From positions 38,636 through 102,635 of the forward strand of contig CAWJYO010000004.1 of NCBI GenBank assembly GCA_963847085.1: 64,000 nucleotides of DNA, written 5' to 3'. How positions within the stretch are numbered: position 1 is the first letter of the stretch; the number at the start of each line of letters is the position of its first letter. The stretch is from an uncultured Chitinophagaceae bacterium (lineage in GTDB: Bacteria; Bacteroidota; Bacteroidia; Chitinophagales; Chitinophagaceae). This document shows, one piece after another, positions 11,411 through 22,365 of this stretch. The notes under the pieces are model-generated. The model saw only the letters and a list, made by a program, of their open reading frames with translations, searched no databases and was not told the origin of the DNA. Made by a program: the position numbers and the translations under genes.

Positions 11411-11450
11411 AAAAAACCACTATCGGTAATGATAACGGTAGTGGTTTTTT
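11411..11450 (+). terminator. Rho-independent terminator after the SusCD-LamG block
   Basis: AAAAAACCACTA...TAGTGGTTTTTT hairpin with a T-tract. Confidence 0.75.
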
Positions 11451-11607
11451 AATCTGTTTTAATACTTGTTTCCATTTATAGAAATGAATATTTAAGAGAC
11501 AGTAAGGCTTGAAGATAGATGAGGGAATCTTTGTCAAGTTTGCGTCTTTGTGTCTTCGCGGTTCAAATTCATTTTAATTCAATCTTCGTTTTGTTTTTGC
11601 ACGAATT

Positions 11608-12914
11608 ATGCGCTCAGTTTATCAAACATTACTCTTTTGTTTTGCAGTTATTTTCTCCGTTTCGTGTCGCAGAAATGCTTCCGGAAACGAGAATGAAATT
11701 GTGTTTTGGTGTTCCAACAACAACCCCGAAATAAAGCTATGCACCAACATTACAACGGTCTGGAATAACCATCATTCTACTCATAACATTCACATTCAAC
11801 CCATACCGGAAGGCCAGTCGAGCGAAGAAGTAATACTCGCTGCTGTGGTGGGAAAAACAACGCCCGATATTTATGCCAATATGTGGCAGGGCAATGTTGA
11901 AATGTATGCTCATGCACGGCGTGTTAATACCATTAGATACGTTGCAGGGTTTTATGGATTTTATGAGGCAACGTTGTGATAGTGCTACCATCAAAGAGAT
12001 TACATCATCGGACGGACACATTTATCAAATCCCCTGGAAAGTGAACCCGATTATGACGATTTTCAACAAGAATTTGCTTTCAGCAAAACAACATTAACCT
12101 TCTTCCACAAACCTATAGCGCTTACAATGCGGCGGCTGAATTGTACAAACAAAACTGTGCAAAGAAGGGATTGACCAACAACCGGTTTGGCTACACCGAA
12201 GTCAAATCTACCTGGTACCAACGGCTGTTTAATTTTTATACATTGTATGTGGCGGCATCTAACGGTGCGCCGCTGATCGTTCACAACAAAGCGGCATTCA
12301 ATAACAAATACGCAATTGAAGTGTTTTCGTTCCTGCAAAATTTATACAGGCAGGATTATTTTTCAAAAGAATCCAATGCGGCTTCTACCGATCCTTTCGT
12401 TACACAAAACATTGCTACCAAATGGACGGGCCCGTGGGAGATTGCGCATCTCAACAGCATTCCGGACAAAGGATTTGGTTTTGCCTATTTTTTTCCTATC
12501 GTTCCCGATGATCATAAAGGACCGATTTACACGTACGGCGATCCTAAAAACATCGTCATCTTCAACACCTGCAGGCATCCGCAACAAGCCTGGCAGTTTT
12601 TGCAAACACTCATCAGCAAAGAAGGCGATTTGCAATTGTTACAAATAACAGGACAACTGCCGCGAAGAAAAAATTTAGATGCTGATTCTTTTTACAAAAC
12701 TTATTTTACCGATAACCCAATGATGCTGCCGTTTGCACAGGAAGTGCCGTATGTGAAAGGCATTGATAACTGCGATGTTATTGTGGAAGTGCTGGATGCT
12801 ATTTCGCAGGAATATGAAGCCTGCGTAGTATATGGAACAAAAACGCCTGAGCAAGCCATTGCCGATGCGGAAAAGGCTGTAAATGTTATACTGGGAAATG
12901 AGACAGAAAAATGA
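11608..12914 (+). CDS. Sugar ABC transporter substrate-binding lipoprotein (CUT1; split by about two frameshifts)
   Basis: Lipobox SVSC; SSEEVILAAVVGKTTPDI, YQIPWKVNP and TGPW segments across three overlapping ORFs. Confidence 0.82.
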
Positions 12915-14030
12915 TGCAAAAACAAACCCATATTGGAGTGATAGGAGCGGGCGCGTTTGCCTTGTTTGCTACAAAAGCTTTTTTGCAAACAGAGGAAGTA
13001 AACATCATTGCTGTGTTTGATGTGAATACAACAGCAGCGCAAGCAATGGCGCAACAAATAAATGCAGTGGCTTATGATGATATGAATGCATTACTTAACA
13101 ACAAAGAGATTGATCTGATTTACATAGCTACGCCACCCTATTTACATTACGAACAATCGAAAAGGGCATTGCTTGCCAACAAGCATGTGATATGTGAAAA
13201 GCCTGCTGCGCTTACCGTTGAGCAGGCGGAGGAACTGCAAGCTTTAGCGAAAGAAAAGAAACAAACTGTATGTAGTGAATTTGATGCAGCGCTACAACCC
13301 ATTGTATGCGATTGTAAAGACGATAATTGATGAAAACATATTGGGTAATTTTCTGCATGGCTATTTTGAAAATTATGCCAGCGATGAAAACCTCAATGAG
13401 CATCATTGGTTTTGGGATAAAACCAAAAGTGGCGGCATTTTTATTGAACATGGCGTTCATTTTTTCGACCTGTTTTCCGGCTGGCTGGGTAAAGGCGAAA
13501 TCATCAGTTCCATTCAATTGCAACGCCCTTTTGCATCGCAAAATATGATTGACAGATTAGGTGCAACCGTTTTATACAAAGATGGCATTGTAAATTTTTA
13601 TCACGGTTTCGATCAACCCAAAATAGTTGACCGCCAGGAAATGAAATTGTTGTTTGAGCGGGGCGACATTACGCTCAATGGCTGGATTCCTGTTCAAATT
13701 AAAATTCGTGGTTTGGTGAATGAGGAACAACGCAATGCTTTGCAAAATGTATTCAATCAATATTCATTAAAAACAAACATAACTTCAACTGCTATCAGCC
13801 AACGGTTGAAAGGCAGAGGCAAAGCCATTTTGGCTGATGAAGAAATCATCATTGAATGGGGCAGCCTTGCTAATAAATCAAACGTTTATACCGACCTGTT
13901 ACAACGAATGCTGAACGACCAATTGAAATGGATACAAAACCAAACGCACGCACGAACGATAACGGATGACAATGCGATTGCCTCTCTGCAAATGGCAGTA
14001 GAAGCAACGGACAAAGCTGTTACCCGATAA
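12911..14030 (+). CDS. Gfo/Idh/MocA-family oxidoreductase (frameshift near 13260)
   Basis: IGVIGAGAF, IATPPYLH, KHVICEKP and SGGIFIEHGVHFFD motifs. Confidence 0.85.
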
Positions 14031-14042
14031 ACCATTTTTTGC

Positions 14043-14945
14043 ATGAACACCGATTTAAAAATAAGGGCAAAACAAAACGTAAACAAGCGAAATAAACAAG
14101 CGTTGTTGCCGTATTTGCTGGTATCGCCCTATCTTATTTTTACTTTGGTGTTTGTAGTATTCCCTGTGCTGTTTTGTTTTTTTCTCACCTTTCATAAATG
14201 GAACATTATCTCTTCGATGAAGTTCATCGGGATAGACAATTACACACGTTTGTTTCACGACAGATTGTTTTGGAAAGCCATTCTCAACACGCTTAAATTT
14301 TTGTTGCTGCACATTCCTTTGCAACTGGTGGTTTCGTTATCACTGGCTTATTTGCTCAATCAAAAATTAAAAGCCGCATCTTTTTTCAGAGGTTCTTTTT
14401 TTATGCCGGTCATTGTTTCAGGCGTTGTGGTAACTATTTTATGGCAGCAGTTGCTGGGCTTTGATTTTGGATTGGTAAACCGTATGCTGCAATGGCTTGG
14501 TATGCATAAAGTAGGCTGGTTATCGAGCCCGCGAGTGGCTATTTATTCCATTGCGGTGATGGCTACCTGGAAGAACGTTGGGTTGTATGTGATTCTTTTT
14601 TTAACCGGGTTGCAAACGGTGCCTACGCAATATTATGAAGCGGCAAAAATGGAAGGTGCAAGCAACTGGCAGCAGTTTTATCACATTACATTACCTATGA
14701 TCAACCCAACCGTTTTTATGGTGGTGGTGCTATCAACCATCGGTGGTTTTTCTCTTTTTATAGAACCTTATGTGATGACGGGCGGCGGTCCGTTAAACAC
14801 AACATTATCAGCCGTGCTTTACATTTACAAACAGGCTTTTGAATATTATAACATGGGCTATTCGGCAACGCTGGGTTTCTTTTATGCTTTGATTATTATG
14901 TTGGTTGTAGTGATTCAAAAACGAACCATTGAAAAAGAAGTATGA
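14043..14945 (+). CDS. Carbohydrate ABC transporter permease (MalF-like)
   Basis: EAA loop YYEAAKMEGASNWQQFYHITLPMI; multiple TM helices. Confidence 0.92.
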   Translation: MNTDLKIRAKQNVNKRNKQALLPYLLVSPYLIFTLVFVVFPVLFCFFLTFHKWNIISSMKFIGIDNYTRLFHDRLFWKAILNTLKFLLLHIPLQLVVSLSLAYLLNQKLKAASFFRGSFFMPVIVSGVVVTILWQQLLGFDFGLVNRMLQWLGMHKVGWLSSPRVAIYSIAVMATWKNVGLYVILFLTGLQTVPTQYYEAAKMEGASNWQQFYHITLPMINPTVFMVVVLSTIGGFSLFIEPYVMTGGGPLNTTLSAVLYIYKQAFEYYNMGYSATLGFFYALIIMLVVVIQKRTIEKEV

Positions 14946-15039
14946 TGTGATTTTAGATTTGTGATTTGAGAGGGCCGCATTTACAAAGGATTGTAGTATT
15001 GATAATATGCAATTGATGTGTTGAAACGATATAAAATTC

Positions 15040-15109
15040 TTTCGCACAGAGATAGGGTGAACACAGAAAAGAAAAGTATTCTCTGTTTACTCTTTATCTC
15101 TGTGCGAAA
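15040..15109. repeat. Intergenic palindromic (REP-like) element
   Basis: TTTCGCACAGAGATA (15040-15054) and TATCTCTGTGCGAAA (15095-15109) form a perfect 15-bp IR. Confidence 0.65.
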
Positions 15110-15122
15110 CATTCATTCAGTT

Positions 15123-15950
15123 ATGAAAGGACAAACTCTAATTGGAAAAACAATCACTTATGGGCTGCTTTCAATAGCGGCCATAACCTTTATTTATCCT
15201 TTTCTCTGGATGATTGGTGCTTCGCTTGCGCCGATGTTTGAGCTGAACGGTCTAACTTTATTTCCATCGCATCCAACATGGAGCAACTTTGCTATTCTTT
15301 TTCAAAAAATACCCATTCTCCATTCGCTTATTAATAGCTTATTGGTGGCGACGCTGGTAACAGCATTGGTTTTGTTTACAGGCTCAACGGTTGGTTATGC
15401 ACTTGCCAGGATGCAGTTCAAAGGACGACAGGCCATTTTTTATGTCATCGTGTTTACCATGTCGTTGCCGTTTCAGGTAACGCTGATACCCAATTACATT
15501 ACAATGGTAAACCTTCGTTTGGTAGATACGTTTGCCGTTTTGGTCATTCCGTTTGCCGTAAGTGCATTTGCTATACTTATGTTTCGACAGGCTTTTCAGG
15601 GTTTGCCGCAAGCTTTAATTGATGCAGCCCGTTTGGACGGCTGCAACGAAATCGAAATTATTTTTCGCGTGCTGTGGCCCAACATAAAATCTACCATTAT
15701 TACGGTCGCAATTCTTTCGTTCATTGGTTCCTGGAACGAAGTGTTATGGCCGCTCATTGTTGTGCGCAACGAACACTTGATGACGATGCCGCAATTAGTT
15801 ACTTTGTTTGCTGTGGGCGGCAGGGCAGATAGTCAGTTAGGCGTAAAAATAGCTGCTGCTGTTTTGCTGGCGCTTCCGGTAATGATAGCATTTTTATTTT
15901 TTCAGAAATATTTTATTCAAAGCATGGCATCAACAGGTATGAAAGATTAG
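15123..15950 (+). CDS. Carbohydrate ABC transporter permease (MalG-like)
   Basis: LIDAARLDGC EAA loop and WNEVLWPLIV; ATG at 15123 preferred over the upstream TTG. Confidence 0.92.
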   Translation: MKGQTLIGKTITYGLLSIAAITFIYPFLWMIGASLAPMFELNGLTLFPSHPTWSNFAILFQKIPILHSLINSLLVATLVTALVLFTGSTVGYALARMQFKGRQAIFYVIVFTMSLPFQVTLIPNYITMVNLRLVDTFAVLVIPFAVSAFAILMFRQAFQGLPQALIDAARLDGCNEIEIIFRVLWPNIKSTIITVAILSFIGSWNEVLWPLIVVRNEHLMTMPQLVTLFAVGGRADSQLGVKIAAAVLLALPVMIAFLFFQKYFIQSMASTGMKD

Positions 15951-16022
15951 GCACTCAGGTTCCGAACCTGAGTAACGTGGCTCAAAGCAGCCGATTTAAA
16001 TAAATCATACAAAAACAAACCA

Positions 16023-17455
16023 ATGACAGTACAAAAAAGCGATGTGCAATTGGTGGCGAATCCAAAAGCTGTGATTGCGCAATTTTTAAGCTTGCCGGGC
16101 AATAACCGTGTGATAAATGTGATAGAAAGAGTGCAGAAATTATCGCAAAAACAAACGCATGATCTTCTTCAAGAAACGATGAAAGATTTTAGCAACCGGC
16201 ATCGCAACCTGCAACAAATTTTCAGTCAACATTTTGAGCAAATCAAAAAGAACCACGCGCATTTATTGTCTTCTTTCAACGAAGAAAAGCAATCGTTGCT
16301 CGGTGCTTTTTTTACAAAAGAATATTCCATTCAATCGGCTGCTTTGTTCAATCCTTCTATTGTAGCGCATCCGGATCAGAGCAATTTAAAAGAAGGTGAG
16401 CAACGCTTTATTATGAGCCTGCGTGCTACCGGCGAAGGTCATATTTCTTCTATTGTTTTTATAACCGGAATTGCAGATAGCAATAACGAAATTCGATTGG
16501 ATGAACCTTCTCTTTTTTTTACTCCTTTATCTAAAAAAATAAAGGCTTTATACACTAAGGATTTTTTAAAAAATATGCATCACTAATGAGGATGGTTTTG
16601 ATACGGATTGGATAGACTATTTGCCTCTTTCGTTTACGGTTGAAGAAGCCATTGTTTGTGTAAATCAAAACGTTGCAAATAGCAATGGAGCGCATTCAAT
16701 TATAGAAAAAATGACCGGAATTTTTGATGCTAATTATGAGCTGGAAGCCTTAACAGAATTGCCTTTGAGTCGAATGTGTAATATTCCCAAATGCAAAATC
16801 GGAAAGCATGGGAATGGAAGATGTTCGCCTTGTCCCTTTTTCGGGCAAAAACAAAACGACTTACTACGGAACTTATACAGCTTACGATGGAAAACAAATT
16901 GCGAGCAAGCTGATAGAAACCGATGATTTTTTACATTTTAAAATCAGAACATTGCAGGGAGCCGCCATCTCTGACAAAGGCATGGCTTTGTTTCCCGAAA
17001 AGATCAATGACAAGTATGTAATGATATCGCGACAAGGCGGTGAAACCATCAACATTATGTTTTCGGATAATTTGTATTGCTGGGATGAATATCAAACATT
17101 ATTAACGCCAGAATACGATTGGGAAACGGTGCAGTTGGGCAATTGCGGTTCGCCCATCAAAACAGAAAAGGGATGGCTGTTGCTCACGCATGGCGTTGGT
17201 GTAATGCGCACGTATGTGATCAGTGCGATGCTTCTCGATTTGAATAATCCGGCACGTATCATTGCGAGGCTTGATAAACCCTTGTTGGTGGCTGATGAGA
17301 ACGAACGCGAAGGTTATGTTCCTAATGTTGTTTACACATGCGGCTTGTTAAAGCACAACGGGCAATTGATTATTCCTTATGCAGTTTCTGATTCTGCCAT
17401 CCGGTTTGCAACTATAGCTTTGAATGAAGTATTGAATGAAATGAAAACATTATAA
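16023..17455 (+). CDS. GH130-family glycoside phosphorylase/hydrolase, long form (two frameshifts)
   Basis: ALFNPS, GMEDVRLV, YYGTYTAYDG, DKGMALFPEKI, GNCGSPI and EGYVPNVVYTCG motifs across three ORFs. Confidence 0.82.
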
Positions 17456-17458
17456 TCG

Positions 17459-18779
17459 ATGAACAAAGAAATTCGCTTGCTGTTATTTTCTTTATTGACT
17501 TGTTTGCTTTGCCTGCACTTGCCGTAAGAAGCAAAGCTCGCCTTCACCTACGCCTGGCGGTAACACAACAGATTCTTCACTGGTGAATTTAGCTCATTTG
17601 AATCATTTGTATGTTCCGGTAACGTTTCCGGATGGCACACAAGCCGCAGGCATTTACATTTATTCCAATGCGCCTGATTATACTTTGGTAGAAGCTACAG
17701 GTGAAGGTTTTACCTGCGTTGATGATGTAGCAAGAGCCGTGCAGGTTTATATACGCGATAGTAAGTTTTCAACCGATACATCTATTCAAAACAAAACGTT
17801 GAATTTAATCAGGTTCATCATTGCCATGCAGTCGCCCAACGGCTACTTCTATAATTTTTTACAAACGAACGGGCAAATCAATACAGCCGGACAAACAAGT
17901 GTTAACAATGCCAATTGGTGGAGTTGGCGGGCATTGCAAGCCTTAACAGAAGCGGCGCCGGTTATCAACAACATCAATCCACAACTGGCAAATGCAGCCA
18001 ACACGGCCGTTGGTAAATTGATTGCAGCGATAAAAACAAACCAATCAAATCTACCTCAAACAACAGAAGTAGTGAATGGTATTACCATACCGCAATGGCT
18101 GCCAGCAGGCAGCGGTACAGATCAGGCCGCTACGTTGCTTTTGGGCTTGCTTCCTTACTGCTCCTCTAACAACGACACTACGATGAATTCTTATGTAAAA
18201 AAGCTTGCAGATGGCATTGCGTTGATGCAGGTTGGCGACAGTTCAAACTTCCCATACAGTTGCATTTTGAGCTGGCAAAACACCTGGCACGCTTACGGGG
18301 CAGACCAGGCGTATGCATTACTAAAAGCAGGTTTGTTTTTGCATGATTCTTCCTATACGGCAAAGGCTTTGGCGCACATCAATAACTTCTTCTCATGGTT
18401 ACTGACAAACGGAATGCAATCCTCATTTGTAGTGTCGGCAAACAACGGTACAATTCAATTAACAAGCGAAGCAACTTACGACCAGATTGCTTACGGCATC
18501 AGGCCACTTGTTTTCGCAGCCATTGAAGCTTTTGTGCAAACCAAAGACGCAAAATATGCCGATATAGCTGGTCATCTGGCGGCTTGGTTCCTGGGCAATA
18601 ATGCGGCTGGAAAGCCCATGTATTCAGCACAAACGGGCATTTGTTATGATGGCTTATCATCGCCCACAAATATCAATACCAATTCAGGCGCAGAATCAAC
18701 CATCGAAGCTTTACTAACGATGGAAAGAGTAGAGGTGTATCCTGATGTGTTAGCCGCTTTAAACAAATACAAAAAGTAA
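17459..18779 (+). CDS. Exported (alpha/alpha)6-barrel-like putative glycosidase of unknown family (frameshift in signal region)
   Basis: CVDDVARA, GYFYNF, YDQIAYG, WFLGNN, TGICYDGL and NSGAESTIE motifs; the signal peptide from ATG 17459 is out of frame by one indel. Confidence 0.65.
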
Positions 18780-19963
18780 TGAAAGCAGAGGAATACATAC
18801 AATCTGACCATCTTATTTTTAAACCTGATGATGTTGATTTATCACAATCGCCACTGCGCAATGGACTAACATTGCCCACTTTTGTTTTGGGCGCATTTAA
18901 TCCAGGTTTATGCAGGTTGCCAAATGGCAATTTGTTGTTAATGGTTCGTGTGGCGGAAGCTCTTCAAAATGCTGTGTTTGATAACAAAGCGCATTGCATA
19001 AAATGGGGCAAAAACAAAGATTATTCTACCGAAGGCTGGAATCTTGATGAAGTCGAAATGAACGACCCGCGCAAATTCAGAATCAAGGCTTATGATTTTC
19101 CTGTGTATGCACTTACTTCTTTATCGTGGTTGTTGCCGGTTGAGCTGAATAGAGACGGCAGCAAAGTAATGAACATTCATTATGATAAAGCCATTGCACC
19201 GCAATACAGCAGCCAGGAATACGGTATTGAAGATGCGCGCATTTCAACCATTGATGGTGTTTATTACATGACCACTTGCTGTGTAAGCTCGGAACGTCAT
19301 TCTACTCAATTGTATCGTTCTTATGATGGATTAAATTATACTCCTTTGGGCATCGTACTCGATCATCAAAACAAAGACATGTTGTTGTTTGAAGGAACGA
19401 TCAGCCAGCAATATTATGCGCTAACACGGCCTTTGGGTGAATGTTATTTTGCATCATCACAGAGAAGTCCTTATCATCCGGGTGCTGCCATTCATCTGGC
19501 TTCATCGCCTGATTTACTGCATTGGAAACCTAATAATGACGCGGGTTTGCGGGCAAGACGTTCTTCTTTATCTAACGTAAAAATTGGTGGCGGCACACCG
19601 CCGATTCTAACACCGGAAGGTTGGTTGATGCTGTATCATGGTGTTGAAAACAACAACAGTGTTGGTTGTTATAGAACATTTTGGGCTTTGCTGGATGAGC
19701 AAAATCCTTCTATTATAAAACATTTGTCAGATGAAATTCCGTTGCTTCAGTCATCACCCAAACTAACAGAAGAAATAAAGCATCAAATGTATTTGGACGA
19801 TGTTGTTTTTACAACAGGTATTGCTGAATATAACAACAACTTCATTATTGCTTCGGGCGAAGCAGATTTGGCTTGTCGCATTACAGTGATTGATAAAAAT
19901 TATTTTATAAATGGTTTGAACCACAAAGACACGAATAACACGAAGATTGACGAAGTAAAATAA
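18779..19963 (+). CDS. GH130-family glycoside phosphorylase/hydrolase
   Basis: GAFNPG, EYGIEDARIS, QNKDMLLF, SPDLLHWK, KIGGGTPP, LYHGV and VVFTTG motifs. Confidence 0.88.
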   Translation: MKAEEYIQSDHLIFKPDDVDLSQSPLRNGLTLPTFVLGAFNPGLCRLPNGNLLLMVRVAEALQNAVFDNKAHCIKWGKNKDYSTEGWNLDEVEMNDPRKFRIKAYDFPVYALTSLSWLLPVELNRDGSKVMNIHYDKAIAPQYSSQEYGIEDARISTIDGVYYMTTCCVSSERHSTQLYRSYDGLNYTPLGIVLDHQNKDMLLFEGTISQQYYALTRPLGECYFASSQRSPYHPGAAIHLASSPDLLHWKPNNDAGLRARRSSLSNVKIGGGTPPILTPEGWLMLYHGVENNNSVGCYRTFWALLDEQNPSIIKHLSDEIPLLQSSPKLTEEIKHQMYLDDVVFTTGIAEYNNNFIIASGEADLACRITVIDKNYFINGLNHKDTNNTKIDEVK

Positions 19964-20007
19964 ACAGCCTTTGTGTTACTTCTTTCCTTTGAGACTTTAT
20001 GGTTCAA
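19916..20007 (+). repeat. Dispersed ~90-bp palindromic repeat, copy 1 (overlaps GH130 3' end)
   Basis: TTGAACCACAAAGACACGAA...CTTTGTGTTACTTCTTTCCTTTGAGACTTTATGGTTCAA; both arms match the inverted copy at 32811-32903. Confidence 0.7.
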
Positions 20008-20043
20008 AACAAAACGAGTCTTGTTTACACTACAATTCATTTT

Positions 20044-21156
20044 ATGGCAGAACTCACATTGCAGAATATATCGAAAATTTACAAAGCCGAAGGAAAAGAA
20101 AAGAGTAACAAGAAAGCGGTTGACAACATTTCTTTTACTGTAAAGGATAAAGAATTTATGGTGATGGTTGGACCTTCGGGCTGCGGTAAATCTACTCTTT
20201 TACGAATGATTGCAGGCCTCGAAGAAATTAGTGAAGGAACGCTTGCCATAGACGGAAAACGAATGAATGAACTTAGTCCGCGTGAACGTGATATTGCGAT
20301 GGTGTTTCAAAATTATGCGTTGTATCCACACATGACGGTGTATGATAACATGGCGTTCGGCTTGCGTTTGAAAAATTACAGCAAAACCGAAATTAAGGAA
20401 CAGGTGATGCAAACCGCCGCGCTGTTAGAGATTACCGATGAATTGCATCGCAAACCTAAAAACTTATCTGGTGGTCAGCGGCAACGGGTTGCGATTGGCA
20501 GAGCCATTATCAGGCGACCGAAAATTTTTTTGTTTGATGAACCCTTAAGCAATTTAGATGCAAAGCTGAGAACACAGATGCGCATTGAGTTGCAGAAACT
20601 CCACCGCGAGATAAATGCTACCATGATTTATGTAACGCACGACCAGACAGAAGCTATGACGCTGGGACAACGCATTGCGGTATTACAAAAGGGCAAGCTT
20701 ATGCAGTTGGATACGCCATTGCACTTATACAACCATCCGGCAAACAAATTTGTGGCTGGTTTTATTGGTTCGCCAACTATGAATTTTATCAAAGGAAAAC
20801 TGATAAAGAAAGAAGAGAATTACCTGCTCGAAGCTGATAAGAACTTTCTTATTATGTTAGGAACAACTGTTCCTGCAATGATTGAAAAAAGGATAGGAGA
20901 GACGATAGAAATTGGTGTTCGCCCTGAACATATTTCCATCTCATCAGCGCAAACCAATCATAGCTTTCCTGTTGAAGTTGTGGCATACGAAAACATGGGA
21001 AATGAGCAATTGATTTATGTATCATTCTACAATCATACAATGGTGATAAGAAAGCCAAGCTATGATGAGATAATGATTGGAATGCGACTGTTTGCAGCCT
21101 TTGAAAATGAAAGCGTTTTGTTTTTTGATATTGACAGCGGCGAAGTGATTCGGTGA
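20044..21156 (+). CDS. Sugar ABC transporter ATP-binding protein (MalK/UgpC family)
   Basis: Walker A GPSGCGKST, LSGGQRQR, FLFDEPLSNLD, YVTHDQ and a C-terminal TOBE region. Confidence 0.93.
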   Translation: MAELTLQNISKIYKAEGKEKSNKKAVDNISFTVKDKEFMVMVGPSGCGKSTLLRMIAGLEEISEGTLAIDGKRMNELSPRERDIAMVFQNYALYPHMTVYDNMAFGLRLKNYSKTEIKEQVMQTAALLEITDELHRKPKNLSGGQRQRVAIGRAIIRRPKIFLFDEPLSNLDAKLRTQMRIELQKLHREINATMIYVTHDQTEAMTLGQRIAVLQKGKLMQLDTPLHLYNHPANKFVAGFIGSPTMNFIKGKLIKKEENYLLEADKNFLIMLGTTVPAMIEKRIGETIEIGVRPEHISISSAQTNHSFPVEVVAYENMGNEQLIYVSFYNHTMVIRKPSYDEIMIGMRLFAAFENESVLFFDIDSGEVIR

Positions 21157-21243
21157 TGACATTTTGAAAATGTCAGCTTATTCTGCCACTTAATAAAAGC
21201 CTTTACCAGAGAGGCTCTCATCAATTATTCATCTGAAATCATC

Positions 21244-22134
21244 TCACGCTTTTACTTTGCTTTTTTGCCCTAAATACAAACCTAATATTACCAAAGCCGT
21301 TCCAACATATGTGTAAGCGGTTAAAGGTTCATGCAATAAAATAGCGGCATAAACAAAACCAAATATCGGGCATAAAAAAAGCCATAAGGAAGCCCGTACT
21401 GCATCCACTTTTAAAAGATACAACCACAGTTGCACTGAGATAATAGAAACAATAATGACCAGCCAAAATTCTGACTTCCAGAAGCGGGCATCAAAATGAT
21501 TAACAGCACCGTGACGATGAAACAGGAAAGCAAAAGGCAGCAAAAACAAACCTCCCAGCAACACTTGCCATCCGTTAATTACCAGTGACGTAAGTTGCCA
21601 TTCTCGTTTTGCATAATAAATAACACCCAGCGAATAGCAAAGCATGCTTGTTAGCATAAGCAACAAACCTCTTACTGTAGCTGTGCTGTTTTGCAATAAG
21701 GGATAAGCCGCCAGTACAATTCCCGTCATACCAAGCATAACACTAAGCCATTGTACCGGCTTTGTTTTTGTGCCCATAAAAACACCCGATAAAACGGTTA
21801 TCATCAAAGGATTGATGGCAGGCGCGAGGCTTCCGATACCTGCTGATACTTCCTGCAAAGCAATGATGTAAAACCCCAGGCAGAGTGTAGTATTCAGCAC
21901 GCCAAATATTAATAACGGCTTCCAGTCGGCTCGACGGGGAAATTTGTTTTTGGCAAATAAATGAGCATATAACAACATGAGTAAACCGGCTGATAAAAAA
22001 CGAATAATGAATAAAACCAAAGGCTCAACCGATTGCAGCCCGATTTTACCACCTGCCGAAGCAGAAGCCCACAACATAGCGAACAATAAACCACTGATAA
22101 TAAAACTGCCTTTGCCGGATGAAGAAGCTGTCAT
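21244..22134 (-). CDS. DMT/EamA-family transporter
   Basis: About 10 TM helices in two EamA-like halves. Confidence 0.88.
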   Translation of the reverse strand: MTASSSGKGSFIISGLLFAMLWASASAGGKIGLQSVEPLVLFIIRFLSAGLLMLLYAHLFAKNKFPRRADWKPLLIFGVLNTTLCLGFYIIALQEVSAGIGSLAPAINPLMITVLSGVFMGTKTKPVQWLSVMLGMTGIVLAAYPLLQNSTATVRGLLLMLTSMLCYSLGVIYYAKREWQLTSLVINGWQVLLGGLFLLPFAFLFHRHGAVNHFDARFWKSEFWLVIIVSIISVQLWLYLLKVDAVRASLWLFLCPIFGFVYAAILLHEPLTAYTYVGTALVILGLYLGQKSKVKA

Positions 22135-22214
22135 GTGAAAAGCACCGGCATAACCTTTTCATTATACCTGCGGCGCGAAAATACATGCGGGATATAATTT
22201 CAAAATAGATTGTC

Positions 22215-22277
22215 CCGCAGATAGCGCAGATTCACGCAGAAAAAAGAAAAATATCCGGCCATCTGCGCTATCTGCGG
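22215..22277. repeat. Intergenic palindromic (REP-like) element
   Basis: CCGCAGATAGCGCAGAT (22215-22231) and ATCTGCGCTATCTGCGG (22261-22277) form a perfect 17-bp IR. Confidence 0.7.
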
Positions 22278-22365
22278 AACACAAGATAACCTTATACACT
22301 ACCGAAATTTACCGTGTGCATTTGCTTTGCAAAAGACAATGTATATTTGAAACACATCTTCACAA

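Noticed and set aside
15953-15973. ACTCAGGTT-CCG-AACCTGAGT hairpin as a terminator
   Set aside because: There is no T-tract and it lies mid-operon; at most a small stabilising or REP-like hairpin.
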